This document shows positions 45,236-54,873 of a stretch of 64,000 nucleotides of DNA, in pieces. Location: positions 23,389 through 87,388 of the forward strand of contig CAYWOC010000005.1 in the NCBI GenBank assembly GCA_964459845.1, written 5' to 3'. The notes beneath the pieces are model-generated. The model searched no databases. It was not told where the DNA came from and saw only the letters and a list, made by a program, of their open reading frames with translations. The DNA is from an uncultured Muribaculaceae bacterium. GTDB lineage: Bacteria; Bacteroidota; Bacteroidia; Bacteroidales; Muribaculaceae. Within the stretch, counting starts at the first letter, position 1, and the number at the start of each line of letters is the position of its first letter. The position numbers and the translations under genes are program-made.

Positions 45236-46651
45236 ATGATATTGAACGAACAAGATAAAAGATGGAGTCAGTGCCTTGAGATGTTCAGGGACAATATGCC
45301 TCAAGCCCAGTATGAAGCTTGGTTTGAACCTATTGTGTTTGCTGGTGTCGATGAAAAGAATGTTATTATCTTGAATGTTCCGTCGCTATATTTTGCCGAA
45401 ACCATAGAGGAAAAGTATGCAAGAATTGTCAAAGCCGTGTTTACAAAGGTGTTTGGCAACTCGTTCCGTGTGCGATTCTCTTATTCGGTAACAGAACACT
45501 CTCCCAAGGCAGATCCAGAGCCAGGCTCTGAGATTTCATATACAGGACTGACAAGCGGAACTGTGGTTAATAATAAGGTGAATCCTGCACAGCTTGCAAA
45601 TCCGTTTGCCAAGGTTGAGTATGCCGACATCGACCCGCAGCTTAATCCAAAATATACTTTCGAGAATTATTGCGGAAGTATGAGCAACAAGCTGCCAGTG
45701 AGTATAGGCAAGGCGATAGCTTCCGACCCCAAGTGCAAGACGTTCAACCCGCTGTTCATTTTCGGACCTACTGGAGTTGGCAAGACGCACTTGATAGAGG
45801 CGATAGGACTGAAAGTCAAGGAGAATAATCCTCATTGCCGTGTGCTATATCTCACAGCCCGCGTTTTTGAGAGCCAATATACGACTGCCGTAAAGAATAA
45901 CAGGGTAAACGATTTCATCAATTTCTATCAGAGCATTGATGTGCTTATCCTCGACGATATACAGGAGTTTGCCGGCAAGACCCAGACTCAAAACACATTC
46001 TTCCACATATTCAACCATCTGCACCAGAACCAGAAGCAGCTCATCTTGTCGAGCGATTGCCGACCGGTGGATATGGACGGATTCGTGCCGCGCTTGATTT
46101 CGCGCTTCAAGTGGGGAATGACTGTGGAGCTTTATCCGCCTGACTACACGCTGCGCCGCGATGTGCTGACGATGAAAGCCGACCAAGACGGACTTTCGAT
46201 ACCGTCGGATGTGCTTGATTACATTGCCACAAATGTTACCGACAGCGTGCGTGAACTTGAAGGCATAGTGGTGTCGCTGCTTGCACATGCCACAATGCTT
46301 AATCAGGAGATTACCATCGACCTCGCCCGTGCGGTGCTTGCTAATGCGGTGAAAGTGTCGAAACGGCAGATAACATTCGAGTTGATAGCCGAGACCGTAT
46401 GCTCACATTATAATCTTGACTCTGATTTGCTGTATGGCAAGTCGAGGAAACGAGAAATATCGGATGCGCGGCAGATTGTGATGTACTTGGCGAAGAAGCT
46501 GACGCAGCTTTCTTCGACCAATATCGGAACGCGCCTGTCGAGAAACCATGCAACTGTGCTACATGCCTGCAAAACGATAGAAGAGCGTCTGTCGATTGAA
46601 AAAGAACTTAGGGAAGAAATAGAAACTATCGAGAATGAGTTTAAGAAATAA
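45236..46651 (+). CDS. dnaA: Chromosomal replication initiator protein DnaA
   Basis: The Walker A motif is GPTGVGKTHL and the Walker B motif is LILDDIQ. The sensor and box VII regions are present, and the C-terminal DNA-binding domain is ISDARQIVMYLAK...TNIGTRLSRNHATVLHA. Confidence 0.97.
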   Translation: MILNEQDKRWSQCLEMFRDNMPQAQYEAWFEPIVFAGVDEKNVIILNVPSLYFAETIEEKYARIVKAVFTKVFGNSFRVRFSYSVTEHSPKADPEPGSEISYTGLTSGTVVNNKVNPAQLANPFAKVEYADIDPQLNPKYTFENYCGSMSNKLPVSIGKAIASDPKCKTFNPLFIFGPTGVGKTHLIEAIGLKVKENNPHCRVLYLTARVFESQYTTAVKNNRVNDFINFYQSIDVLILDDIQEFAGKTQTQNTFFHIFNHLHQNQKQLILSSDCRPVDMDGFVPRLISRFKWGMTVELYPPDYTLRRDVLTMKADQDGLSIPSDVLDYIATNVTDSVRELEGIVVSLLAHATMLNQEITIDLARAVLANAVKVSKRQITFELIAETVCSHYNLDSDLLYGKSRKREISDARQIVMYLAKKLTQLSSTNIGTRLSRNHATVLHACKTIEERLSIEKELREEIETIENEFKK

Positions 46652-46674
46652 TCAGAGCTTAAACTCATTTTTTA
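46635..46674 (+). terminator. Rho-independent terminator overlapping the dnaA stop
   Basis: The perfect 11-bp stem is atgagtttaag / cttaaactcat. tttttt follows it. Confidence 0.6.
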
Positions 46675-46732
46675 TTTGATACCATCAATAAATACGCATG
46701 TCACTTACTGGATTTTGAATGAATAAATACAT

Positions 46733-47857
46733 ATGGCTGGGATATACGTTCACATACCTTTTTGCAAGCGCAAGTGCATTTATTGCGATTTCTATTCTAT
46801 AGGAGCTGCCGGAATAGAGGGCAGATATGTGAATGCTCTTGCAGATGAGCTTAGAATGCGCAAGGGCGAATTGCGTGGTGAAGCTGTCAAAACGCTATAT
46901 TTTGGTGGTGGCACGCCGTCACTTTTGTCGCCATCGCAGATTTCGCGTATTGCCGATGCGTTGAGAAAAGAGGTCGGAGTAGATGAGCTTGAGGAATTTA
47001 CCATAGAGGTGAATCCCGATGATGTGAGCGAGGAATATATCAGGGCGTTGGCAGAAATTGGTGTGAACCGCGTGAGTATGGGTATCCAGAGTTTTGTGGA
47101 TTCGGAATTGCGTGCCATCAACCGCCGTCATTCAGCAGCCGATGCCGTGGCGGCAGTGGATAATATACGCAAAGCAGGCATCAATAATATCAGCATCGAC
47201 CTCATTTACGGGCTTCCCAGTCAGACCATTGAAACTTGGAGATATTCTGTGGAGAAAGCAGTGGAGCTTGATATACAGCATATATCCAGCTATAACCTGT
47301 CGTATGAGGAGGGTACACGCCTATATTTTCTGCGTGAGCGTGGCGACATTCAGGAGTGCGATGAGGAGATTTGTGTCAAGATGTATGAATATCTTGTGGC
47401 ACGTCTTGCCGATGCTGGATTTGAGCATTATGAGGTGTCGAATTTTGCAAAACCGGGCAGATATTCAAAACATAACTCAAGCTACTGGAATGGCTCGATA
47501 TACCTTGGGCTTGGTGCTTCAGCCCACAGCTACGACGGCGATGTGCGCAGCTATAATGTGGCTGATGTGAAACGTTATCTGTCGGAGATTGAGGCGGGTA
47601 AGCTTGCGTGTGAGCGAGAGTATGCGACTATCGACGAGAAATACGATGAATACGTGATGATACGTCTTCGCACAAAGTGGGGCATTGATGTAGGTGAACT
47701 GAAGGCAACATTTGGTGAGAAATATTATGAGCATTTTATGAAGGAGTCTCAATCGTATATCAAATCAGGCAAAATGAGCAGAGACGGCACATGTTGCCGC
47801 CTCAATGAAGCCGGGGTGATGATTTCCGACATGATTATCCGCGACCTCATGAGCTGA
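46733..47857 (+). CDS. hemW: Radical SAM heme chaperone HemW (coproporphyrinogen III oxidase-like)
   Basis: The radical SAM motif is YVHIPFCKRKCIYCDF (CxxxCxxC). It also has the GGGTPS block and a HemN_C-like C-terminus. Confidence 0.9.
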   Translation: MAGIYVHIPFCKRKCIYCDFYSIGAAGIEGRYVNALADELRMRKGELRGEAVKTLYFGGGTPSLLSPSQISRIADALRKEVGVDELEEFTIEVNPDDVSEEYIRALAEIGVNRVSMGIQSFVDSELRAINRRHSAADAVAAVDNIRKAGINNISIDLIYGLPSQTIETWRYSVEKAVELDIQHISSYNLSYEEGTRLYFLRERGDIQECDEEICVKMYEYLVARLADAGFEHYEVSNFAKPGRYSKHNSSYWNGSIYLGLGASAHSYDGDVRSYNVADVKRYLSEIEAGKLACEREYATIDEKYDEYVMIRLRTKWGIDVGELKATFGEKYYEHFMKESQSYIKSGKMSRDGTCCRLNEAGVMISDMIIRDLMS

Positions 47858-48149
47858 TATTTGCTCCAAGGAATAAATTCCCTATTTGAATCCCTCTAAA
47901 ATCTGATAGTCAATTCGTGTTTAGAGCTGTTATTTTTGCTGGTTTTTTGCCATTGAAAGGAATGATTTATGGAATTTTGTGCCAGTTAATTGAATGATTG
48001 TTGCTATCTTTGTGGAAACAACTATTTGCAATACAAAAATATCAATTTGCAGCAAGACAGAAAACTGATGGCGATGTGGACAAAATAGACCAGAAGTCGC
48101 TATGTCATAATACTTTTTAATACTAATAAGAATTAAAAACATAAATAGC

Positions 48150-49052
48150 ATGAGGAAAATTTTACTTGCCTTGGTAGCTTGTTGCTCTGTTGCCGGAATG
48201 GCTCAACAGGTGACGATCACAAAGCAGAAACAACTGCTTAAAGGTGTGGAGAGCGGGGCTTACTTCCCTGTTCTGAGTGCGGACGGCAGCAAGTTGCTGT
48301 TTACCGCAAACGACAGCAAAGGCTTGAAGTTGTATGACTTCAACGATGATGTTGTCACTGTGATAACCGATGCCGAGCGTGCCGGTTTCAGCCCGCAAAT
48401 CTCTGATGATGGACTGGTATATTATGTGAAGCAGAATGCCGGTGATGTGGTGAAATACCGCACAGCCGTGTGCTACAACATTGCCGACAAATCAAGCCGT
48501 GTGCTTGTGGAGAATGCACGAAACATAAGTGTCCCTGTATTGCTGAATGGCGGGGCTATGGTGCGCACATCTGAAGGGACTGTAAACACTGTGAAATCGA
48601 TGAAGAAACAGGGGCTGGCTGTCTATACCGAAGGCTCGAAGGTCATAATCAACCGTGGTGGCAAAGAGACAGCTTATTCACCTGTAGAGTCTTATGCGGG
48701 CTACTTTTGGGCATCTCTTTCGCCAGATAAGTCGAAAGTGGCTTTTTTTGCGGCTGGAAAAGGCATCGTGGTTATGGATCTCAACGGAAAAGTGCTTGCG
48801 CAACTCGGCAACTATGAGATGCCAAGCTGGATAAGCGACAGCTATATTGTGGCTCAGAATGCGAAAGACGATGGACATCAGTTCACATCGTCGCAAATAA
48901 TGCTGCTCAAGAGCGATGGGTCGTGGAAGAAGGAGCTGACGAGCAAAACTTCGATGACTATGCAGCCCACAGCATCAAGTGCTGCTCAGCGTATTGTCTA
49001 TAGCACAATCGATGGCAACCTGTTTATGATGGAACTTAATATTAACGACTGA
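48150..49052 (+). CDS. Signal-peptide protein, probable TolB/PD40-like beta-propeller (module copy 1, partner of the downstream amidase)
   Basis: The signal peptide has a possible lipobox (LVAC). Short strand-like units with DG/SPD motifs recur (PVLSADGSKLLF, SPQISDDGLVYY, SLSPDKSKVAFF) as in PD40 repeats. It is a paralog of 51519..52364. Confidence 0.55.
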   Translation: MRKILLALVACCSVAGMAQQVTITKQKQLLKGVESGAYFPVLSADGSKLLFTANDSKGLKLYDFNDDVVTVITDAERAGFSPQISDDGLVYYVKQNAGDVVKYRTAVCYNIADKSSRVLVENARNISVPVLLNGGAMVRTSEGTVNTVKSMKKQGLAVYTEGSKVIINRGGKETAYSPVESYAGYFWASLSPDKSKVAFFAAGKGIVVMDLNGKVLAQLGNYEMPSWISDSYIVAQNAKDDGHQFTSSQIMLLKSDGSWKKELTSKTSMTMQPTASSAAQRIVYSTIDGNLFMMELNIND

Positions 49053-49070
49053 AAAAACTTGCCATAAAAA

Positions 49071-51491
49071 ATGAAAAAGATACAGAAATATAGCATATTG
49101 GCAGTTTCGGCACTGTCGGCATTCTGCGCTGCTGCGACCGAACCTAATCAAGTACATGTATATGTGAATCCCGGGCATGGCGGACACGACAGTGATGACC
49201 GCAATGTGGTGATATATCCATTTGAGTCGGGCGACCCCGAAGGCTATTGGGAGTCGAACTCAAATCTCGACAAGGGCTTGCGCCTTCGCGACATCCTTGA
49301 GGCAAAAGGCTGCAAAGTGACAATGTCGCGTGTGACAAACACGTCTGCCGACGACCTCGGGCTGACTACTATAGGCTATGCTGCCAACAATAGCGGTGCT
49401 GATCTGTTTTTTGCAATTCACAGCAACGCTACAGGAACTGGAAGCCGCGTGAATTTCCCTATAACATTATACCGCGGATACACAAATCAACCACAGGTGG
49501 CTAAGAGCGATGAGCTTGCAAAACTGCTGTATGCACAGCTCAAGAGCAGTGAAGCCACAGTGTGGCATGGTGGTGACGGTGCGGTGTATGGCGACTGGAC
49601 GTTCTATCCATCGTGGGGTACTCAAGGTCTTGGCGTACTTCGTGTGACGGCAATTCCAGCTCTTTTGTCGGAAGGCTCATTTCACGATTACATTCCAGAG
49701 ACCTACCGCCTTATGAATAAGGACTTCTGCTGGCTTGAGGCATGGCACTTCGCACAGGCTGCCTATGAATTTATGGGGGTGGCACCCGACAAGGTCGGTC
49801 ACATAGCAGGTTGCATAACCGATGCGCGTGTGCTGCGCAACGAGGACTATCTTATGTATGACCGCGACCGCCTATTGCCTATTTGCGGTGCAAAAGTGGA
49901 GCTGAAGGACGCTGACGGCAAGGTGCTGCAAACCTATACTACCGATGCTCTGTTCAACGGCTTTTATATGTTTAAGCAAGTGGAGCCGGGAAAATACAAA
50001 ATCAGCGTGAGCGAGGCTGGACACTTCGACAAAGAAGTGGATGTGGAAGTAGAGGCAAATAAGGTGACATATTCCAACATCACTATGGACAAGGTACGCG
50101 ATTCTGCTCCTGAAGTGACCGAATACACTCCAGTGTGGAATGACGGCGATGCAGCATTGCTTTGCAACACCCCAATCACTTTCACATTCAATTGGGATAT
50201 GGACGTGGCTTCTACTGAAGCTGCATTCAAGATTGAACCTGCGGTGAAAGGCGCATTCACTTGGGAGGATGCTAACCACATAATGAAATTCACTCCCGAT
50301 GAGCCTTATATGAACAATACGCTTTATACCGTCACACTTGACAAGAGTGCAAAGCATGGTGGTGGTGTGGAAATGGAGAAAGGCATATCGTTCAAATTCA
50401 TGACCGACTATCGCCGCTACTTGACTGCTACAATGATGTGGCCGCGAGAAGGCTCGGAAGTCCATTACGCATCTCCTGTGATTGAGCTTCACACCGATTC
50501 GGCAATGAACTGCGCTCCTATAATGAAGCAAATCACTGTGAAAGACGCTGCCGGCAATGCTCTTGCGTATAATTCACGCTCGATGAAATATGGCAAGACT
50601 GCCGATGGATATGGATATGTGAAATTGACGCTCAGCAAGAGCTTGACCGAGGGTGATACCTACACGGTGACTTATCCGAAAGAAATAGCCGACCTTAAAG
50701 GTTTGACACTCGAAAACAGCCACACATTCACATTCAAGGCTGTGGATGCCGCAAAGAACGAATATATCGGTGGCGCTGATGTGGTCGATGACTGTGAAGA
50801 TGCGTCAAAGATTGCATATGTGGCAAGCGAGAGCAAGAATGTGAAGAGTGCGACAGTAGGCACAAGCACTACCAAGTTGTTCGGAAGCAAAAGTTTGGAA
50901 TTCAAATATGAGTTCAGCGGAGAAGAAGGTGGAGAAGTCGTTTATAAATATGCCGAGCCTATTGATTTATCTACAAACGACAATTACCAGATATATACAA
51001 GAATCATCGCATTCGTCAATGGCGACTGTTCGGGCAATGAGCTCTATTTTTTGACTGATGATAACTTTGATTCAGGGGATGGCGCTACAGTTGGCTTGAC
51101 AAAAATAGACTTCAACGGATGGCGCAATTTCGATAAGATAGGAAATAATGCGAGAAAATTACTTGGCTTTAAGATTGTTCAAGTAGCAGGAAAGGCTGGT
51201 AAGAAAGGTTCTGTGAAGATTGATAATATTGCGAAGACTGCGGCATCTGGCGGTGTTGATGAAGTGAAGATTGCAGGTCTCGCAGTAGGTCCTAATCCGG
51301 CATCCGACTATATCGTGGCAAGTGCCGAGGTGCTTATCGACGGTATGGCTCTTTACGACATGAACGGAACTCTTGTGACAACGACCGGCAACAATGCCAT
51401 CAATATGGGTGAAATAGCCGATGGCAACTATCTGCTTGTGGTGAGTGCAGGAGGCGTGCAATCTACAGTTAAGGTTATTGTGAAACATTAA
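49071..51491 (+). CDS. Secreted multidomain N-acetylmuramoyl-L-alanine amidase (Amidase_3) with CarboxypepD_reg-like and Ig-like domains and a T9SS C-terminal sorting domain (copy 1)
   Basis: It has a signal peptide. The Amidase_3 residues are NPGHGGHDSDD, YWESNSNL, FFAIHSNA and LLSEGSFH. A CarboxypepD_reg-like block follows (GAKVELKDADGKVLQTYTTDALFNGFYMFKQVEPGKYKISV). Two Ig-like blocks are present. The C-terminal part is VGPNPASDYI...LYDMNGTLV...GNYLLVVSAGGVQSTVKVIVKH. Confidence 0.8.
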   Translation: MKKIQKYSILAVSALSAFCAAATEPNQVHVYVNPGHGGHDSDDRNVVIYPFESGDPEGYWESNSNLDKGLRLRDILEAKGCKVTMSRVTNTSADDLGLTTIGYAANNSGADLFFAIHSNATGTGSRVNFPITLYRGYTNQPQVAKSDELAKLLYAQLKSSEATVWHGGDGAVYGDWTFYPSWGTQGLGVLRVTAIPALLSEGSFHDYIPETYRLMNKDFCWLEAWHFAQAAYEFMGVAPDKVGHIAGCITDARVLRNEDYLMYDRDRLLPICGAKVELKDADGKVLQTYTTDALFNGFYMFKQVEPGKYKISVSEAGHFDKEVDVEVEANKVTYSNITMDKVRDSAPEVTEYTPVWNDGDAALLCNTPITFTFNWDMDVASTEAAFKIEPAVKGAFTWEDANHIMKFTPDEPYMNNTLYTVTLDKSAKHGGGVEMEKGISFKFMTDYRRYLTATMMWPREGSEVHYASPVIELHTDSAMNCAPIMKQITVKDAAGNALAYNSRSMKYGKTADGYGYVKLTLSKSLTEGDTYTVTYPKEIADLKGLTLENSHTFTFKAVDAAKNEYIGGADVVDDCEDASKIAYVASESKNVKSATVGTSTTKLFGSKSLEFKYEFSGEEGGEVVYKYAEPIDLSTNDNYQIYTRIIAFVNGDCSGNELYFLTDDNFDSGDGATVGLTKIDFNGWRNFDKIGNNARKLLGFKIVQVAGKAGKKGSVKIDNIAKTAASGGVDEVKIAGLAVGPNPASDYIVASAEVLIDGMALYDMNGTLVTTTGNNAINMGEIADGNYLLVVSAGGVQSTVKVIVKH

Positions 51492-51518
51492 TTAATACAC
51501 AACTATACTAAACAAACA

Positions 51519-52364
51519 ATGAAGAAATTCTTAATGATTAGTATGGCAGGAATGGCGGCACTGGGTATCAATGCTGCCACTCTTGCTGTAAATGGCTCCT
51601 ATGCATTGACGCAGAGCGGTGCATATCATCCGGTAATCAGCATCGACGGAAGCCGTGTGCTTTACAGCACCGAAGATTATCAAGGGCTGAAGATGCTCGA
51701 CTTCAAGAAAAATGAGGTGGTAGCCATTAGCGAATCGGCTGGAGCCGGATTCGCTCCACAGTTTGCAGCCGACGGCGAGCAGGTAATGTATCGCTGTGAG
51801 GGCAATTTGGGTCGCCTTCGCGCGAAAAACGTGATGAGCTATGATGTGATTGCCGACAAGTCGATGGAGATTGCGCCTATGAGCCGCAACGAGGTTAGCC
51901 TTTCGTCATATACCGATGCCGCACTGCCACAGGTGAGAAGTGATTATCGCGAGATTGTGGTGAGCATTGCCGGCAAGGAGAGCCGCATCAGTCCCGTGAC
52001 TGACGCATATAGCTATATGGGGGTGAAATTGTCGCCCGATGCTAAGCGCATACTGTTTGTAGAGGCACTCAAGGGTGTTTTCGTGTGCAACCTCGACGGT
52101 ACAGGACTTGTGTCGATCGGAAAGGGTAGCTATCCGTCGTGGCTCGGAAACGACTTTGTGCTTTCTACCCGCAGCACCGACGACGGCGACCATGTGACAT
52201 CTTCTTATATCGTGGCTACCGAGGTGGCTACAGGCAAAGTGACAGAAATCACAGCGCAGGACTCGATGACCGAGGAGGCTTCGGGCTCGATTGAAGCTGG
52301 CAAAATTGTGTGCAATGATGTGAACGGCAGATTGATTGTGACTGAAATAAGTGTAACAGAATAA
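51519..52364 (+). CDS. Signal-peptide protein, probable TolB/PD40-like beta-propeller (module copy 2)
   Basis: It is homologous to 48150..49052 across its length. Shared blocks include SGAYHPVISIDGSRVLYS, GLKMLDF, AGFAPQ, LSPDAKRILF, YPSWLGNDF and DDGDHVTSS. Confidence 0.55.
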   Translation: MKKFLMISMAGMAALGINAATLAVNGSYALTQSGAYHPVISIDGSRVLYSTEDYQGLKMLDFKKNEVVAISESAGAGFAPQFAADGEQVMYRCEGNLGRLRAKNVMSYDVIADKSMEIAPMSRNEVSLSSYTDAALPQVRSDYREIVVSIAGKESRISPVTDAYSYMGVKLSPDAKRILFVEALKGVFVCNLDGTGLVSIGKGSYPSWLGNDFVLSTRSTDDGDHVTSSYIVATEVATGKVTEITAQDSMTEEASGSIEAGKIVCNDVNGRLIVTEISVTE

Positions 52365-52387
52365 ATACTGAGGGAGGATATATACAG

Positions 52388-54799
52388 ATGAAGAAATTAT
52401 TTTTTATGATTGTTGCTCTCTTGGCTGCTACATTCAGCAGCCAAGCAGTGAAAATGAGCGACTTGAAGATTTATATCAACCCCGGTCACGGTGGTTATGA
52501 CAGCGATGACCGCAATATTCAGATTTACCCCTACGCTTATGGCGATTCGCTTGGATACTGGGAGTCGAAGAGTAATCTTTATAAGGGTTTGGCGATGTAT
52601 CACATTCTTGACTCCATCGGCACAAAAGCATATCTGTCGCGCATAAAGAACCGCACAGAGGACGACCGCGGGCTATATGACATAGCATATGAGGCAAATG
52701 AGCTTGGCTGCGACCTGTTCTTTGCCATTCACTCAAATGCCGGCGAGGATGTGAATTATCCGCTTATGCTTTACAGGGAGGATGCAGTAGGCACAGCCCG
52801 CTATCCAGAGTCGATAAAGCTGAGCAATATCTTGTGGGATCAGTTGCATTCGAGCAAATTGTCGATATGGACACGCGACGACCGCTATGTGAGCGGTGAC
52901 TTGACGTTCTATCCGCAATGGGGAAATCAAGGTCTTGGCGTGCTTCGCCGCCTGTATGTGCCAGGACTGCTTTCAGAGGGTGGTATGCATGAGCATCGTC
53001 CAGAGGCTCATCGCCTTATGAATATGGACTTCTGCTGGCTTGAAGCTTGGCACTTTGTGAAAGCCATTATGGAATATTATGACACAGAGGATCGCTTCGT
53101 GACTGGTAATGTGGCAGGTATAGTATATGACAACCACAACACCCGCGAAGAGACGCTTGATATGAACTACTCAATGTATGGTCGTGACCGTAACAAGCCG
53201 CTTAACGGCTCGTTGGTGAGATTACTCGACGGTACCGGCAATGAGGTGCAGCGACGCATCACCGATAATGACAACAACGGTGTGTTCGTGTTCCGCAATG
53301 TGACTCCGGGTGAATATACCGTGGTTGTAACCCATGATGGGTATTACGACAGTTCGGCAAAAGTGGCTGTGACCGCAAATGAGGTGACATATAATGATAT
53401 GCCGCTGATGATGAAGCGCGAGATGCCTCTTGAAATCACCAGTTATTCTCCACGTCCAGCCGAGGGCGAGCTTGTGAGCTGTGCAACCAGCTTGGAGTTC
53501 ACGTTCAATACGGATGTCGATGATGAGGCGTGGAAGAAAGCCGTCACAATAGAACCCGCTGTGGATGGCGAATGGATTTTCAGCAAATCATATCATGCGG
53601 CAACTTTCCGCCCAGAGCTTTCATTCGATCTGAACACTCACTATAAGGTGACGGTATCTACCGAGGCAAAGACTGCCGATTCTAATTATGCTAACTCGAA
53701 TCTGCAACAGCCGCTTGTGTTTGAATTTGACACCAAAGGGCGCAACCGCCTTGAAATGATTCAGCACTATCCTAATGAGGGCGACGCTGTACACTACACT
53801 TCGCCTACGCTTGAATTCCGCTTCGACAAGGAGCTTAACGCATCTAATGTGTATAACTTGATAACAGTGACCGATGAGGCTGGAAATGCACTTGGCATAA
53901 ACCGCCGTTCTTCTACCTACAACAAGCTGACAAATGGTTATGGCAATGTAACCGTGGTGCTGTCGTCTAATCTGAAAGTGGGTAGCAAATATAAGGTTAA
54001 GCTCGACAAGCAGATTTGCGACAAAGAGGGTATTCCATTAGGGGAAGACGTGGTGATTAATTTCACTGCCGAAGATCAGGGATTGCCTCACTCGGGAGAA
54101 GTGGTTGAGGACTTTGAGGGAGAGAATGTGTTTGTCGGAAACGAGACTGCATCGAAGGGCGTGAACACTATTCCGTCATATTCGCGATACACCACGAAGA
54201 AGCTGTTTGGCAGTGCGGCAGGACGTTTCTTCTACAATTTCGAAAACGCCAAGGATGGTGTGGCTGTGTGGGATTATAAGGGCGACTATAAGGCTGTAGG
54301 TCATGGAATGACGCTCGGCATATATGTGTTTGGTGACTTGAACAACCATGAGATGTCGCTCGGATTCACGTCGGGTACGGCAACTAAGTATATTAAGGTG
54401 TGCGACACCGACTTCTTGGGCTGGAGATACTTTGAGGTGAAACTCGATGAGCTTCCTGCTGATTTTGAATATACGCTTTCGGGTGTGCGCCTTGTGCAGC
54501 GCAATTCGATGTATGCGCAGAAGGGCGGAGTGAACATCGACAATATAATCTATGACGGTAGTCTCGGCGGCGTGGACGGCACATTTGCCGACGATGCAGT
54601 GAGGGTATATCCGAATCCTGCCACAGAAGTTGTGAACATAGCAGGTGTGGATGTCGATGCCGAAGTTGAGATATACAGTATTGCCGGTGCGCTCGTCAAG
54701 ACAGCCACAGGCAATGTGATTGATGTCAAGGATTTGGCTCAGGGCGTATATGTGCTGAAAGTTGGCTCTATCGTTAAGCGAATAACTATAGCCAAGTGA
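52388..54799 (+). CDS. Secreted multidomain N-acetylmuramoyl-L-alanine amidase (Amidase_3) with T9SS C-terminal sorting domain (copy 2)
   Basis: It has the same architecture as 49071..51491. Matching blocks are NPGHGGYDSDDRN, YWESKSNL, FFAIHSNA, LLSEGGMH and MNMDFCWLEAWHF. The CTD is VRVYPNPATEVVNI...IYSIAGALV...GVYVLKVGSIVKRITIAK. Confidence 0.8.
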   Translation: MKKLFFMIVALLAATFSSQAVKMSDLKIYINPGHGGYDSDDRNIQIYPYAYGDSLGYWESKSNLYKGLAMYHILDSIGTKAYLSRIKNRTEDDRGLYDIAYEANELGCDLFFAIHSNAGEDVNYPLMLYREDAVGTARYPESIKLSNILWDQLHSSKLSIWTRDDRYVSGDLTFYPQWGNQGLGVLRRLYVPGLLSEGGMHEHRPEAHRLMNMDFCWLEAWHFVKAIMEYYDTEDRFVTGNVAGIVYDNHNTREETLDMNYSMYGRDRNKPLNGSLVRLLDGTGNEVQRRITDNDNNGVFVFRNVTPGEYTVVVTHDGYYDSSAKVAVTANEVTYNDMPLMMKREMPLEITSYSPRPAEGELVSCATSLEFTFNTDVDDEAWKKAVTIEPAVDGEWIFSKSYHAATFRPELSFDLNTHYKVTVSTEAKTADSNYANSNLQQPLVFEFDTKGRNRLEMIQHYPNEGDAVHYTSPTLEFRFDKELNASNVYNLITVTDEAGNALGINRRSSTYNKLTNGYGNVTVVLSSNLKVGSKYKVKLDKQICDKEGIPLGEDVVINFTAEDQGLPHSGEVVEDFEGENVFVGNETASKGVNTIPSYSRYTTKKLFGSAAGRFFYNFENAKDGVAVWDYKGDYKAVGHGMTLGIYVFGDLNNHEMSLGFTSGTATKYIKVCDTDFLGWRYFEVKLDELPADFEYTLSGVRLVQRNSMYAQKGGVNIDNIIYDGSLGGVDGTFADDAVRVYPNPATEVVNIAGVDVDAEVEIYSIAGALVKTATGNVIDVKDLAQGVYVLKVGSIVKRITIAK

Positions 54800-54873
54800 T
54801 AAGTTTTATGGCCTAAACAGGAAATAAGACCAAATCGGCAACTAACCTATGCCGGTTTGTGATAAATATACAT

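Noticed and set aside
49872-50531. A 219-aa minus-strand ORF antisense to the first T9SS amidase gene
   Set aside because: It is a shadow ORF inside a gene whose paralog (52388..54799) confirms the plus-strand frame.
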